A model generated the notes under the pieces. That model saw only the letters and a list, made by a program, of their open reading frames with translations, searched no databases and had not been told where the DNA came from. Made by a program: the position numbers and the translations under genes. From Hyphomicrobiales bacterium (GTDB taxonomy: Bacteria > Pseudomonadota > Alphaproteobacteria > Rhizobiales > TMED25), in assembly GCA_965204565.1 (NCBI GenBank), contig CBDBEU010000005.1, positions 516,366 to 580,365 of the forward strand: DNA of 64,000 bases, given 5' to 3'. This document shows positions 28,526-37,658 of this stretch, piece after piece; positions within the stretch are counted from its first letter, which is position 1, and the number at the start of each line of letters is the position of its first letter.

Positions 28526-29758
28526 TTATGCTGCGCGATCGAGACCGGTCAGAATGTCCTCGGCCAGAACGTTGAAGTAGACCGAGTTGCGGCGGGAACC
28601 GAACTGCAGGTCATTGAGCGGCGGCGCTTCCTCGGCGTCGAATTCAACGCGCAGGATGCCGGACCGCAGCGACTGGGACGAGTTGCGCGCCTTGTCCCAA
28701 TAGGCCCGCCCCCCGAGGATGACGCCGGCTGCCTTTAATTCGTCCAGAAAGATTTGCAGCGACCGGATGATGGCGATGCCGAGCTGTGCCGACAGGTTTT
28801 CGTCCATTACCGAGCGGAACGCCGGTGCAATGGCCTTTTCGATCGCAGCCCGCGTCCGCGTCACGTTGATGAACCGCCACAGAGCATCGGACGACGTGGT
28901 CTCGCTGCCCCAAAGGATCGTTCCGTTGGCGGCTACCGCGCCGCCTGCGCCCTGAACGGTCACGGCCGGAATGATCGTATTGATACGGTTTTCGTTCAGA
29001 TAGTTGGCCTCATGGCTGGCCTCGCCATCGAAATAGGACACCGGTCGCGATGTGCCGACAATGCCGCCGATCGCCTGATTGGACGGCGACCAGTACGGTC
29101 CACCCCTGTCCTGGTCACGCTTGACAAACAGGCCGGCGACACGCGCCGAGGCAGGCGCAACCACATTGCCCGCCAGCTTGACGGCCGGCTCGACCAGATA
29201 GGTGTACCGGTCGGAGAAATCGGCGCGATAGGCGAGCGCGCTTTCCTTGGTCGTCGCCGGGCAATCGCCGATCCTGACCGCCTTCAGCGCCGCTGAGATG
29301 CCTTCGAGTTCGGCCATGACCGGGTTCTTGGCGTCGCCCGGCCGCTGCGAAGTGTAACCGGGAACGATCAGAAGTCCCGGCTCGACACCCGTGTGCCCCT
29401 TGGCATAGCGGAAGGCATTGACGCCGGTCATCGCGGCGCTCGACCCGGCCAGATTGGCCAGGGTAGCGTCGGTATCGACGCCTTCGGCCACGCGGACCAG
29501 CACGATGGATGCGACGACACCCTGGTCGCTGATCGCGTCGATGGCCGCCCTGGCGGTTCCCGTTGCGCCGAGATCCGCGATCTTGTCGGTGTCGTTGGAG
29601 TAGAAGTGAACAGGTTCGTTTAGCGGAAATTTGCTTGCGTCGGCAGCCTCCGCGACTACCGCCATGCCGATCGGAGACAGATCGGCGGCAGAAATCGGAA
29701 GTTCGGTTTTACCGGCGTCAAAGACGCGGACGCCATGGTTGTAAGGGGCTGTCGCCAT
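28526..29758 (-). CDS. Phage contractile tail sheath protein (P2 FI-like)
   Basis: 410 aa: MATAPYNHGVRVFDAG...GVNAFRYAKGHTGVEPGLLIVPGYTS... Confidence 0.9.
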   Translation of the reverse strand: MATAPYNHGVRVFDAGKTELPISAADLSPIGMAVVAEAADASKFPLNEPVHFYSNDTDKIADLGATGTARAAIDAISDQGVVASIVLVRVAEGVDTDATLANLAGSSAAMTGVNAFRYAKGHTGVEPGLLIVPGYTSQRPGDAKNPVMAELEGISAALKAVRIGDCPATTKESALAYRADFSDRYTYLVEPAVKLAGNVVAPASARVAGLFVKRDQDRGGPYWSPSNQAIGGIVGTSRPVSYFDGEASHEANYLNENRINTIIPAVTVQGAGGAVAANGTILWGSETTSSDALWRFINVTRTRAAIEKAIAPAFRSVMDENLSAQLGIAIIRSLQIFLDELKAAGVILGGRAYWDKARNSSQSLRSGILRVEFDAEEAPPLNDLQFGSRRNSVYFNVLAEDILTGLDRAA

Positions 29759-29867
29759 GGTCGATCCTTATCTTTCTTGCGCCCACCTGGCGCGGGTAGA
29801 CCTCGCGGCGCATTCGGATTTCACGGTTGGCTTCGCCGATCTGCGTCTGGATCGAGACCGCCATCGG

Positions 29868-30068
29868 CTACTCCTCCGTCCTGCCGATCGTGTCGCCATT
29901 CAGCCCGCGCGTCCGCTCCACCAGATCGAGCGGCCCCTCGGCGGGATTCTCCGCCCGGTCCGGATGGAGGTCGTAGAAAACCTCTCCGCCGGCATGGCGG
30001 AGGATGATCGCGATCCGCGCGCAATCCGCGCGCTCGGTCACACACAGCGCCAGCCCGTCCGCGCTCAT
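29868..30068 (-). CDS. Hypothetical small phage-associated protein (66 aa)
   Basis: ATG at 30068. MSADGLALCVTERADCARIAIILRHAGGEVFYDLHPDR.... The stop lies 3 nt before the next small ORF. No recognisable family. Confidence 0.35.
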   Translation of the reverse strand: MSADGLALCVTERADCARIAIILRHAGGEVFYDLHPDRAENPAEGPLDLVERTRGLNGDTIGRTEE

Positions 30069-30108
30069 GCCGACACCGCCTTTTCCGGGCGGAACCGATG
30101 CCGGTCGA

Positions 30109-30342
30109 TCAGCCGGTAGCCAACCCCCACACGGCCTTGATTTGCACGCCGGACGGCCCCGGCCTCCGACGCAGATTATGGATCTGGGCATCGACGATCT
30201 TCGGATCGGGCCATGGCTCCGGTCGGTCGCTGACGATCACCTGATAGATATGCTCTTTCGCCGCCACCTCATGCGCGACCAGGCAGCGGAACACCATCTG
30301 CAATTGCGGCGGGAGATAGACGCCCATCGGAAACATCGTCAC
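30109..30342 (-). CDS. Stand-alone winged-helix (OmpR/PhoB-type effector-domain-like) DNA-binding protein, 77 aa
   Basis: ...PPQLQMVFRCLVAH...KIVDAQIHNLRRRPGPSGVQIKAVWGLATG resembles the V-D-x-H-I-x-x-L-R-x-K and I-x-T-V-x-G-x-G-Y signatures of Trans_reg_C domains. No receiver domain. Confidence 0.45.
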   Translation of the reverse strand: MTMFPMGVYLPPQLQMVFRCLVAHEVAAKEHIYQVIVSDRPEPWPDPKIVDAQIHNLRRRPGPSGVQIKAVWGLATG

Positions 30343-30465
30343 CCAGGACGGCGCCGCGCTTGATCTCGCCGTATTTCAGCCCCCATACCTCGCGATAGGT
30401 CGAGACGAATTGCGCCCGGTCCAGCACCGACAGATCGTTGCGAAACAGATTTTCGACAATCTCGA

Positions 30466-30627
30466 TCAGTGTCGCCTCGCCGTCGGCGGAGGCGCCCAGA
30501 TCATCGATAGGGCGACGGTGAACAGGCCGGATTTCGCACGGCCCTCCGACGCCAGAATGAAGGCCACGGATCCGCACAGCGTCGCGCCGAGGATCAGAAA
30601 AACCGCCAGCGCGATCCAGGCGCTCAT
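30466..30627 (-). CDS. Possible small membrane protein (53 aa)
   Basis: ATG at 30627 preceded by GGAGGCGCGGAG. MSAWIALAVFLILGATLCGSVAFILAS is one clear TM helix. It overlaps another open frame carrying a ParB-like remnant (IVENLFRNDLSVLDRAQFV). Confidence 0.25.
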   Translation of the reverse strand: MSAWIALAVFLILGATLCGSVAFILASEGRAKSGLFTVALSMIWAPPPTARRH

Positions 30628-30716
30628 CTCCGCGCCTCCGCTTCGGGCTTCTCCGACCGGTTCATCTGACGTAGAGCCCGCAAAAGGTCGACAAGCTGAA
30701 AGCCGAGCGTTGCCGC

Positions 30717-31960
30717 TGATCTGAGCGCGAAGTTTCTACCAGCTACAATTAGAGCCTGTGCCCGTTTTGAGGCCCAACGCCGGGCGTGATGGCAACAACC
30801 GTGTTTGCCGGTTGATCCAGCCCCGATCCCGGCCGGGGTTTTGTCCCCGAGGCTCGAGTGGGGCCGGAAGTGATTGTAGTCGTGCCGCCAGGCTTCGAGT
30901 TCCCGGCGGGCATGGGTCGGGCTGGTGAAGATCGTCTCGTTCAGACATTCGTCCCTGAGCCGCGCATTGAAGCTCTCGGTGAACCCGTTCGACAGGGCTT
31001 GCCCGGCGCGATAGAGTGCCACTCGACATTGCGCTCCTTTGAACGGCGCCCGATCGCCATGCCGGTCGGTTCGGTGCCGTTGTCGCTGACGATCGTGCCG
31101 GGCCGAGCCATTCGCTCGAAGATCGCCGCATCAGGCTCGCAACCGACCCTTGCGCCGGAGATCGACGTATCGGCAATCAGGCGCACGCACTCCCGGCTGA
31201 AGTCGTCGACCACGGCGAAGGTCCGGAACCTGCGTCCGCAGGCAAAGGCATCCGACATGAAGTCCAGGCTCCAGCGCTGGTTCGGTCCCTGCGGTAACAC
31301 CATCGGCGCTCGTGTCCCCAATGCCCGCTTGCGCCCGCCACGGCGACAAACCTGCAAGCGCTCATCCCGATGATACAGCCTGCGGAACTTCTTGTGGTTC
31401 ATGACCCATCCCTCACGGCACGGCAGCCAGTGCAAGCGCCGACAGCCGAACCGGCGGCGCTCGCCGGCCAGCTCCCTGATACGTGTCCGCGCCTCGGTGT
31501 CGTCAGGGCGGCAGCTGATGTAGCGCACCGTCGTTCGGTCCACGCCCGGCACCGCGCAGGCGCGACGCCGGCTCACTTCGAAGACCTCCCGGAAATGAGC
31601 CACCGCCTGCCGCCCGGCACCGGGCGTCAGAACTTTTTGCACTGATCTCCCTGAGCATTGCGTTGTCCAGCATCGAGCCCGCCAGCAGCTTCTTCAGCTG
31701 CGCATTCTCCTGCTCCAACTGACGAAGCCGCCGGGCATCGGACACCTCAAGCCCGCCATAGTTCGACTTCCACTTGTAAAAGGTCGCCGGGCTGATCCCG
31801 TGACGGCGGCACACATCCGCCGTCGGCATCCCCGCCTCCTGCTCCTTCAACACAGCGATCATCTGTTCCTCGCCAAACCTGCTCCGCTTCATATCGTCCG
31901 TCTCCTTGTCAGCGCCGGACGCTCATTATCATTGGAGAAAACCTAAGGGCGCAGACCACA
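30717..31960 (-). mobile_element. IS3-family (IS407-group-like) insertion sequence, inactivated
   Basis: Ends TGATCTGAGCGCGAAGTTTCTACC (30717..) and TGTGGTCTGCGCCCTTAGGTTTTCTCC (..31960, reverse complement). orfA at 31503..31892 (MKRSRFGEEQMIAVLKEQEAGMPTADVCRRHGIS...). orfB pieces at 30941..31642 and 30624..31022 lie in different frames. orfB is +1 rather than -1 relative to orfA. Confidence 0.8.
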
Positions 31961-31980
31961 GTCTTTGATGGAAAGATGGA

Positions 31981-32320
31981 GTGTTCACGATGGGCTGCCG
32001 TCGACGTATCCATTTTACCGATAGCCGGAAGGCAGAGATTTGGGATCGCCGGCAGCGTGGGGAGTCGATGCGTTCGATTGGCCACGGGCTCGATCGCAAC
32101 TCATCGTCGATCTTTCCCTTGCTGCCCCGGACGTGTGCTATCCGGCAGCTGGCGCGCGCAAGGTCGCGTCCAGCATTGGCTCATTGTGATCGAGAGGAGA
32201 TCTCCGGAGGACTTGGGGCGCAACGGTCCTTTCGTGCGATCGCGCGTCAGCTACGCCGAGCGCCGTGGACAATCAGCCGCGCGGTGGAGCGCAATGGCGG
32301 CCGCGCCGGGTATCCCGAGG
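31981..32320 (+). mobile_element. IS30-family transposase N-terminal fragment
   Basis: ...HFTDSRKAEIWDRRQRGESMRSIGHGLDRNSSSIF...REEISGGLGAQRSFRAIARQLRRAPWTISRAVERNGGR. Fused in-frame to the next fragment. Confidence 0.6.
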
Positions 32321-32712
32321 CGAAGAAACCTGTGATCAATGCCGACTGTGGGGGCTCGAACGGGGTGCGTGTCAGGCTGTGGAAAGTCGAGTTGCAAAAG
32401 CTTGCCGACGAGACCGGGCGCACGCTCCAGATCCACCACTATCCGCCCGGCACATCGAAGTGGAACAAGATTGAGTACCGCCTGTTCTGTCACATCACCC
32501 AGAACTGGAGCGGTCGTCCGCTCACCGACCGCATGACTGTGGTCGAACTGATCGGTGCAACGACAACCAAGGCTGGCCTCAGGGTCAAATGCGCAATCGA
32601 CGAGCGGACCTACCAAAAGGGCATCAAAGTCTCCAAACCCGAAATGGACGCACTCAACATTACCGGAGACGAGTTCCACCCTGAATGGAACTACACCATC
32701 AAGCCAAGAACT
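32321..32712 (+). mobile_element. ISAzo13-family transposase C-terminal fragment
   Basis: INADCGGSNGVRVRLWKVELQKLADETGRTLQIHHYPPGTSKWNKIEYRLFCHITQNW...ITGDEFHPEWNYTIKPR. Confidence 0.7.
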
Positions 32713-33365
32713 ACCGCATCGTCAACGATGTCGATCAGAATCTTGTCCGCCGTCTTGTTCCCGACGCTTTGGGCGGGCTTCTCGACGAGCTTCCCATGAT
32801 TCCTTCGCAGCAGGAAATCCCTCTCGGCCGGGCAGCCACCATACCCGTTCCCGTTCGCATCCGCGACCTGCAAAAGCCGCAGCGCCCGCGTTCGGATGAT
32901 CCGAGTTTCTGGCACACATGGCTTGGCTGCAAAGGCGCTCCGCCAAACTGGACGCAAGTGGTCAAGACATGGGAAAAACCAGACGAAGAGGTCCACCAAG
33001 CGCAGACCACGGAAAGTATCGCAGGTGACGATATCGACCCAGAACCGAGCGAGGCATAGTTATCGAGAACGCGCAATTTGACTCTGCTCTTCCGACAAAT
33101 CCGGCGAAACGAAAAGAGGCAGGGTGATCGGTCAACTGAGAACATCAGACTTCATTTGCGTGGTCTACCTCAAAATCGGTATTTCATCCGCGGCTTTGCT
33201 TTATCTGTATGTGTTCGTTTGTTTTTTCCGGTTGTCTTCCGAGGTCAACCAAAATGGTCCACCTCAAATTGGATTTTCCCGCAATATCACAACGCCGGTT
33301 CCGACGTTTTCACGACCGCCTTCAAATCCTCAAAGTCCTGGATTTCCAGCATTTTCGGGCCGCAA

Positions 33366-33396
33366 TCAAAAACCCTTCACAGCCGGTTTGAAGGGT
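33366..33396 (-). terminator. Orphan terminator-like hairpin (minus strand)
   Basis: Minus strand: cccttca-N9-tgaaggg followed by ttttt. No intact gene upstream of it. Confidence 0.3.
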
Positions 33397-33489
33397 CGTT
33401 GAAGGTCGTTGCCGATTTTGCCTTCGACACCGATTTTTCCGTCAAATTCTCAAACCAGATGTCAAACTACAACCGCCGGCAACTCCGGC

Positions 33490-33883
33490 CGCGACCACAA
33501 GGGCCGCCCCGTGTTTTTGTCAATTGCGTCCTGCTCCCGACGCCCGGAAACGTGCATGATTGCAGGGTCGCACAGCGCTGCATCGAGACCATGCCGCCAT
33601 CCGCCGAACCTGTCGCCGGCAAAGGCCATGAAAGCCGGGAACTACGCGAACGGCTTGAAGAGCGCGGGACCGGGCCCGTCATCCCGCCGCGAAAGAACCG
33701 CAAGATCCGATATCACGACGATCGGGCCATCTACAGGGAGCGAAATATCATCGAACGCATGTTTGCACCGCCTCAAGGACCGGCGGCACATCGCAACGCG
33801 CTTCGAGCGCAACATTAAAAACGTCACGGCAGCTGTCGCGCGCACCGCATCCTTCATCTTATGGCTATAAGTGAGTCCCGACC
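33490..33883 (+). mobile_element. IS5-family (IS427-type) right-end fragment, transposase C-terminus frameshifted
   Basis: ...PGNVHDCRVAQRCIETMPPSAE..., ...RELRERLEERGTGPVIPPRKNRKIRYHDDRAIYRERNIIERMF, then in another frame RLKDRRHIATRFERNIKNVTAAVARTASFILWL*. The end ...gagtcccgacc abuts CTA (33884-33886). Confidence 0.7.
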
Positions 33884-34495
33884 CTAATGAGTGAATATGT
33901 CTTCTTCAGCCCATCCGGCCAGGTCGAGCTGTGCGCGCCAAGGAATAAATTCAAAGCAGGCGGTCGCATATTCTATGCGGCCTTCACGCTCGAGCATGGT
34001 GTCGAGCGTGTCCTTCAGTGCATGTAGATGAAGAACATCGGAGGCGGCATATTTCTTCTGAGCATCGCTCAGTTCAGAAATTCCCCAGTCAGAACTTTGC
34101 TGCTGCTTTGACAGATCAACACCGAGCAATTCGCGGCAAAGGTCTTTCAGTCCGTGCCGGTCGGTATAGGTGCGAACGAGCTTTGAGGCGGTCTTTGTGC
34201 AGTAGATCGGGGTTGTGACGACATCGAGATAGCGGGCGATCAGGGCGATATCGAAACGTGCGAAATGGAATAATTTCGTCACTTCGATGTCGGTCAGGAG
34301 CCGTTTCAGATTCGGCGCATCATCTGGCGGGTTGTTAAACTGCACCAAATGCGCGTTGCCATCACCGGAGCTGAGCTGGATTACGCAAAGACGATCGCGA
34401 TGCGGATTGAGACCCATGGCCTCACTGTCGATCGCGACCACGCTTCCGGGATCAAGGTTATCGGGCAGGTCGCCATGGTGGAGGCTGATTGTCAC
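33884..34495 (-). CDS. rnd: Ribonuclease D-like 3'-5' exonuclease (short form, 203 aa)
   Basis: VAIDSEAMGLNPHRDRLCVIQL...KLFHFARFDIALI...YAASDVLHLHAL (DEDDy exonuclease motifs). Confidence 0.85.
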   Translation of the reverse strand: MTISLHHGDLPDNLDPGSVVAIDSEAMGLNPHRDRLCVIQLSSGDGNAHLVQFNNPPDDAPNLKRLLTDIEVTKLFHFARFDIALIARYLDVVTTPIYCTKTASKLVRTYTDRHGLKDLCRELLGVDLSKQQQSSDWGISELSDAQKKYAASDVLHLHALKDTLDTMLEREGRIEYATACFEFIPWRAQLDLAGWAEEDIFTH

Positions 34496-34531
34496 GGTTT
34501 ATGTAGAATCCGCTTTTGCTGAGGGCGGTGA

Positions 34532-34618
34532 TGGTGCCCAGGAGAAGACTCGAACTTCCACGACCATAAGGCCACTAGCACCTGAAGCTAGCGCGTCTAC
34601 CAATTCCGCCACCTAGGC
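34532..34618 (-). tRNA. tRNA-Leu (anticodon CAG), long variable arm, CCA encoded
   Basis: Manual fold: GCCTAGG-TG-GCGG-AATTGGTAGA-CGCG-CTAGC-TTCAGGT-GCTAG-variable arm-GGAAG-TTCGAGT-CTTCT-CCTGGGC-ACCA. Confidence 0.9.
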
Positions 34619-34815
34619 ACAGTTTTGAGACATAGGCGCGGGGTCGGTTCGTGTCAATTGGTTGTGTGATCTATGCGCGATTGCTGCTTTGCGCCGATGT
34701 TGGACGGGACAAACGGATACAGATTTCCGTGCACACGGAAATACGCTATGAAGGAAGCATCACGGGTGCCTCGATTGATGCATTGCCGCGGCTGAATTCA
34801 GAGGAGACAAACAAG

Positions 34816-35790
34816 ATGGGCGTTTCGGCGAACGCAAGTCCGCTGGCAACTGTATTCGGCGGTTCGGGATTTATCGGCAGGCATGTCGTGCGCGCGCTGG
34901 CCAAGCGCGGCTGGAGGGTGCGAGCGGCGATTCGCAGACCGGATCTGGCAGGTCATCTGCAGCCGATGGGCGATGTCGGCCAGATCCATGCGGTGCAGGC
35001 CAATCTGCGCTATCCTGATTCGGTTGCGCACGCGCTTGAAGGCGCTGATGCTGCGATCAACTTGGTGGGCATTCTTCAGCCCGCCGGGCGGCAAAGCTTC
35101 AACGCGGTTCACGTATTCGGCGCCGGTGCGATTGCGGAAGCGGCGCGCAAGGGCGGTGTCGGCAAACTGGTGCACCTTTCCGCCATTGGCGCCGATGAGG
35201 ATTCGTCCTCGGCCTATGCGCGCAGCAAAGCAGGCGGCGAGGCAGTGGTTCGCAGTGAATTTCCACAAGCGGTGATCATGCGTCCTTCGGTGGTGTTCGG
35301 TCAGGAGGACGATTTCTTCAATCGGTTTGCGGCATTGATCCGGATTTCCCCGGTCTTGCCGCTGATTGGCGGCGGTGAGACCCGATTCCAGCCGGTGTTT
35401 GTCGGCGATGTTGCCGAGGCGATGATGCGCGCGCTGGAGGGCGGAGCATCTCAGGAGGGGGTTTACGAGCTTGGCGGTGCCGATATCATGACGCTGCGTC
35501 AGGTGTTTGAGTTCATTTCCGAGGTGATTGAGCGGCGCCGGCTTCTGGTGCCGGTGCCGTTTGCATTGGCAAGGCTCAAGGCGGCGTTTCTGCAACAATT
35601 GCCGCAGCCGCTCCTGACGATCGATCAAGTGCGCCTTCTGGAGCGCGACAATGTGGTGAGTGAGGCCGCCATTGCCGCCGGCCGGACGTTGGAAGGGATC
35701 GGTATTTCGGTCCGAACCGTGCGCTCGATCGTGCCGGAGTATCTTCACCGTTTTCGAAAAAAAGGGCCGTTTCGAACTACGCTTGGCTGA
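34816..35790 (+). CDS. NAD(P)H-binding NDUFA9-like / NAD-dependent epimerase family protein
   Basis: ATG at 34816 after GAGGAG. ATVFGGSGFIGRHVVRALAKRGWRV Rossmann motif. 324 aa. Confidence 0.85.
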   Translation: MGVSANASPLATVFGGSGFIGRHVVRALAKRGWRVRAAIRRPDLAGHLQPMGDVGQIHAVQANLRYPDSVAHALEGADAAINLVGILQPAGRQSFNAVHVFGAGAIAEAARKGGVGKLVHLSAIGADEDSSSAYARSKAGGEAVVRSEFPQAVIMRPSVVFGQEDDFFNRFAALIRISPVLPLIGGGETRFQPVFVGDVAEAMMRALEGGASQEGVYELGGADIMTLRQVFEFISEVIERRRLLVPVPFALARLKAAFLQQLPQPLLTIDQVRLLERDNVVSEAAIAAGRTLEGIGISVRTVRSIVPEYLHRFRKKGPFRTTLG

Positions 35791-35814
35791 TCGGGAAGAA
35801 ACATATCGGTCACG

Positions 35815-36639
35815 TCATGCGGTTCCCGGAATGATGATCAGGCCGTAAACGATTGCCAGCAGCAGCAAACCCAGTGCGATTCGATATATGACGAATGCCG
35901 TCATCGTGGTTCGCCTGAGCAATGCCATCATGAACCAGATCGAGATGATTGCGGCAAGGAAAGAAAGAGCCACGGCGAGGCTGATATCAGCCTGCAACTC
36001 CATATTACCGCTCCGGGCAAGCTCAAACGTGGTCGCCGCACCGAGACCGGCAATGGTCGGGATTGACAATAAAAGCGAAAAGCGCGCCGCTTCGATGCGT
36101 TCATAACCGAGAAACCGTGCGGCGGTCATTGTTATGCCGGCACGGCTGGCGCCGGGAACGAGTGCAATGATCTGGGACAGGCCGATCAGCAAGGCATCGG
36201 AGGTGGTGGTGTGCTCAAGGCGCCGGATGGTAAGCCCGAAGCGGTCCGCCGCCCACAGAATGAAGGCAAATATCAGATTGGCCCAGGCGATGATCTCGAT
36301 CGTGCGCAGCGAATTGACCAGCCCGGATCTGACCACAAAGTATCCGGCGGCAAATACCGGTAGCGACGCCAGTATCAGCAAAAGAAGCAGGCGGCCCTCT
36401 TCGGTGGCACGTCCGCGCAGGAGGTGGCCAAGCCCGCGCAACAGGTGCAGGACGTCACGCCGCAGATAGGTCAGAACCGCAAATAAACTTCCGACATGGA
36501 CTGCAACGTCAACGAGCGGGCCTTGGTTCTGCCAGCTGGTGAGCAGGTGAACAAGATTGAGGTGGCCTGAGGAACTGATCGGCAGGAACTCGGTCAGGCC
36601 CTGGACCAAGGCGAGCGCGACGATTTGTTCGATCGGCAT
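35815..36639 (-). CDS. uppP: Undecaprenyl-diphosphate phosphatase
   Basis: 274 aa, polytopic: ...LTEFLPISSSGHL... and ...PGASRAGITM... motifs. Confidence 0.9.
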   Translation of the reverse strand: MPIEQIVALALVQGLTEFLPISSSGHLNLVHLLTSWQNQGPLVDVAVHVGSLFAVLTYLRRDVLHLLRGLGHLLRGRATEEGRLLLLLILASLPVFAAGYFVVRSGLVNSLRTIEIIAWANLIFAFILWAADRFGLTIRRLEHTTTSDALLIGLSQIIALVPGASRAGITMTAARFLGYERIEAARFSLLLSIPTIAGLGAATTFELARSGNMELQADISLAVALSFLAAIISIWFMMALLRRTTMTAFVIYRIALGLLLLAIVYGLIIIPGTA

Positions 36640-36968
36640 GATCTTGATCTCCAGCTCTGTGCGCCGATCGCCCGAGCGAACTCTCAGACGGTCTGGCGGG
36701 AGCGGCCGAACGCCGATATCGGCCCGGCTTCAAATGGCAAAAAATGCGCGCGGCGGCCACTAAGCGGCACAGCGATAACTGCCCCAGGAGGAGATCGCTG
36801 TAGCGCAATTGTGCGGCCGGGGCCAGATGTCCCGGACCGGTTATGGCAGGCGCCATCGGCCGTCGCCGATGACCCGGCGATTGCGCCGCGAGGCTGGTGG
36901 GGTTAGAGGTTTTGCGGATGAGTGCCCGCGGCCTTGTTCATGCGGCGGCTGACCGGATCTGGAGTTTC

Positions 36969-37658
36969 ATGCCCGAGCTTGTTCATTTTCCCTTTTGTCC
37001 GTTCTCTAGGCGTATGCGCATTGCCCTTGCGGAGATCGACATCGAGTTTGATCCGGTTGAGGAACGTCCCTGGGAGAGGCGCGAAGAATTTCTGATTATC
37101 AATCCGGCCGGTACCTTGCCGGTTCTGGTGGAAGCAGGGCGCAAGCCGGTTGTCGGCCCAAATGCGATCACCGAGTTTCTGGACGAGTTTGCAATTGCGG
37201 CCGGTCGGCGGAGCCTGATTCCAGGGGATATTCACGCCCGCGCTGAAGTGCGCCGGCTGGTTGAGTGGTTTGACATCAAATTCAATGCCGAGGTGACGCA
37301 ATTGCTCGTACATGAGCTGATCGAAAAGCGCGTCATTCCGCCCGCGCAGGGCGGCGGCGGACCCCACATGGAAGCGGTGCGGGTCGGCCGGCAGAATATT
37401 GGCCATCATCTCGATTACATCGCCTATCTTACATCCAACCGGCGCTGGCTGGCGGGCGATGAACTCAGCCACGCCGATCTTGCGGCAGCTGCGCATCTGT
37501 CCTGCATCGATTTTATCGGCGATGTGCCGTGGGACCGGGTTCAAGGTGCGAGGGACTGGTATGCACGGATCAAATCACGACCCGGGTTCCGTCCTTTGCT
37601 GAAGGACCGGCTGCGCGGCATAACGCCGCCGCCGCATTATGCCGATCTCGACTTCTGA
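36969..37658 (+). CDS. Glutathione S-transferase family protein
   Basis: MPELVHFPFCPFSRRMRIALAE... thioredoxin-like N-domain and helical C-domain. Alternative upstream starts at 36897 and 36918. Confidence 0.8.
   Translation: MPELVHFPFCPFSRRMRIALAEIDIEFDPVEERPWERREEFLIINPAGTLPVLVEAGRKPVVGPNAITEFLDEFAIAAGRRSLIPGDIHARAEVRRLVEWFDIKFNAEVTQLLVHELIEKRVIPPAQGGGGPHMEAVRVGRQNIGHHLDYIAYLTSNRRWLAGDELSHADLAAAAHLSCIDFIGDVPWDRVQGARDWYARIKSRPGFRPLLKDRLRGITPPPHYADLDF

Noticed and set aside
32713-33489. Unassigned segment between the ISAzo13 and IS5 fragments, with several overlapping ORFs on both strands (32685..33059, 32691..32999, 32735..33145, 33078..33818)
   Set aside because: None of the translations shows a motif I can recognise with confidence. 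The ORFs overlap one another and the composition changes abruptly (AT-rich from about 33080). I treat it as degraded mobile DNA of unknown origin rather than naming genes.
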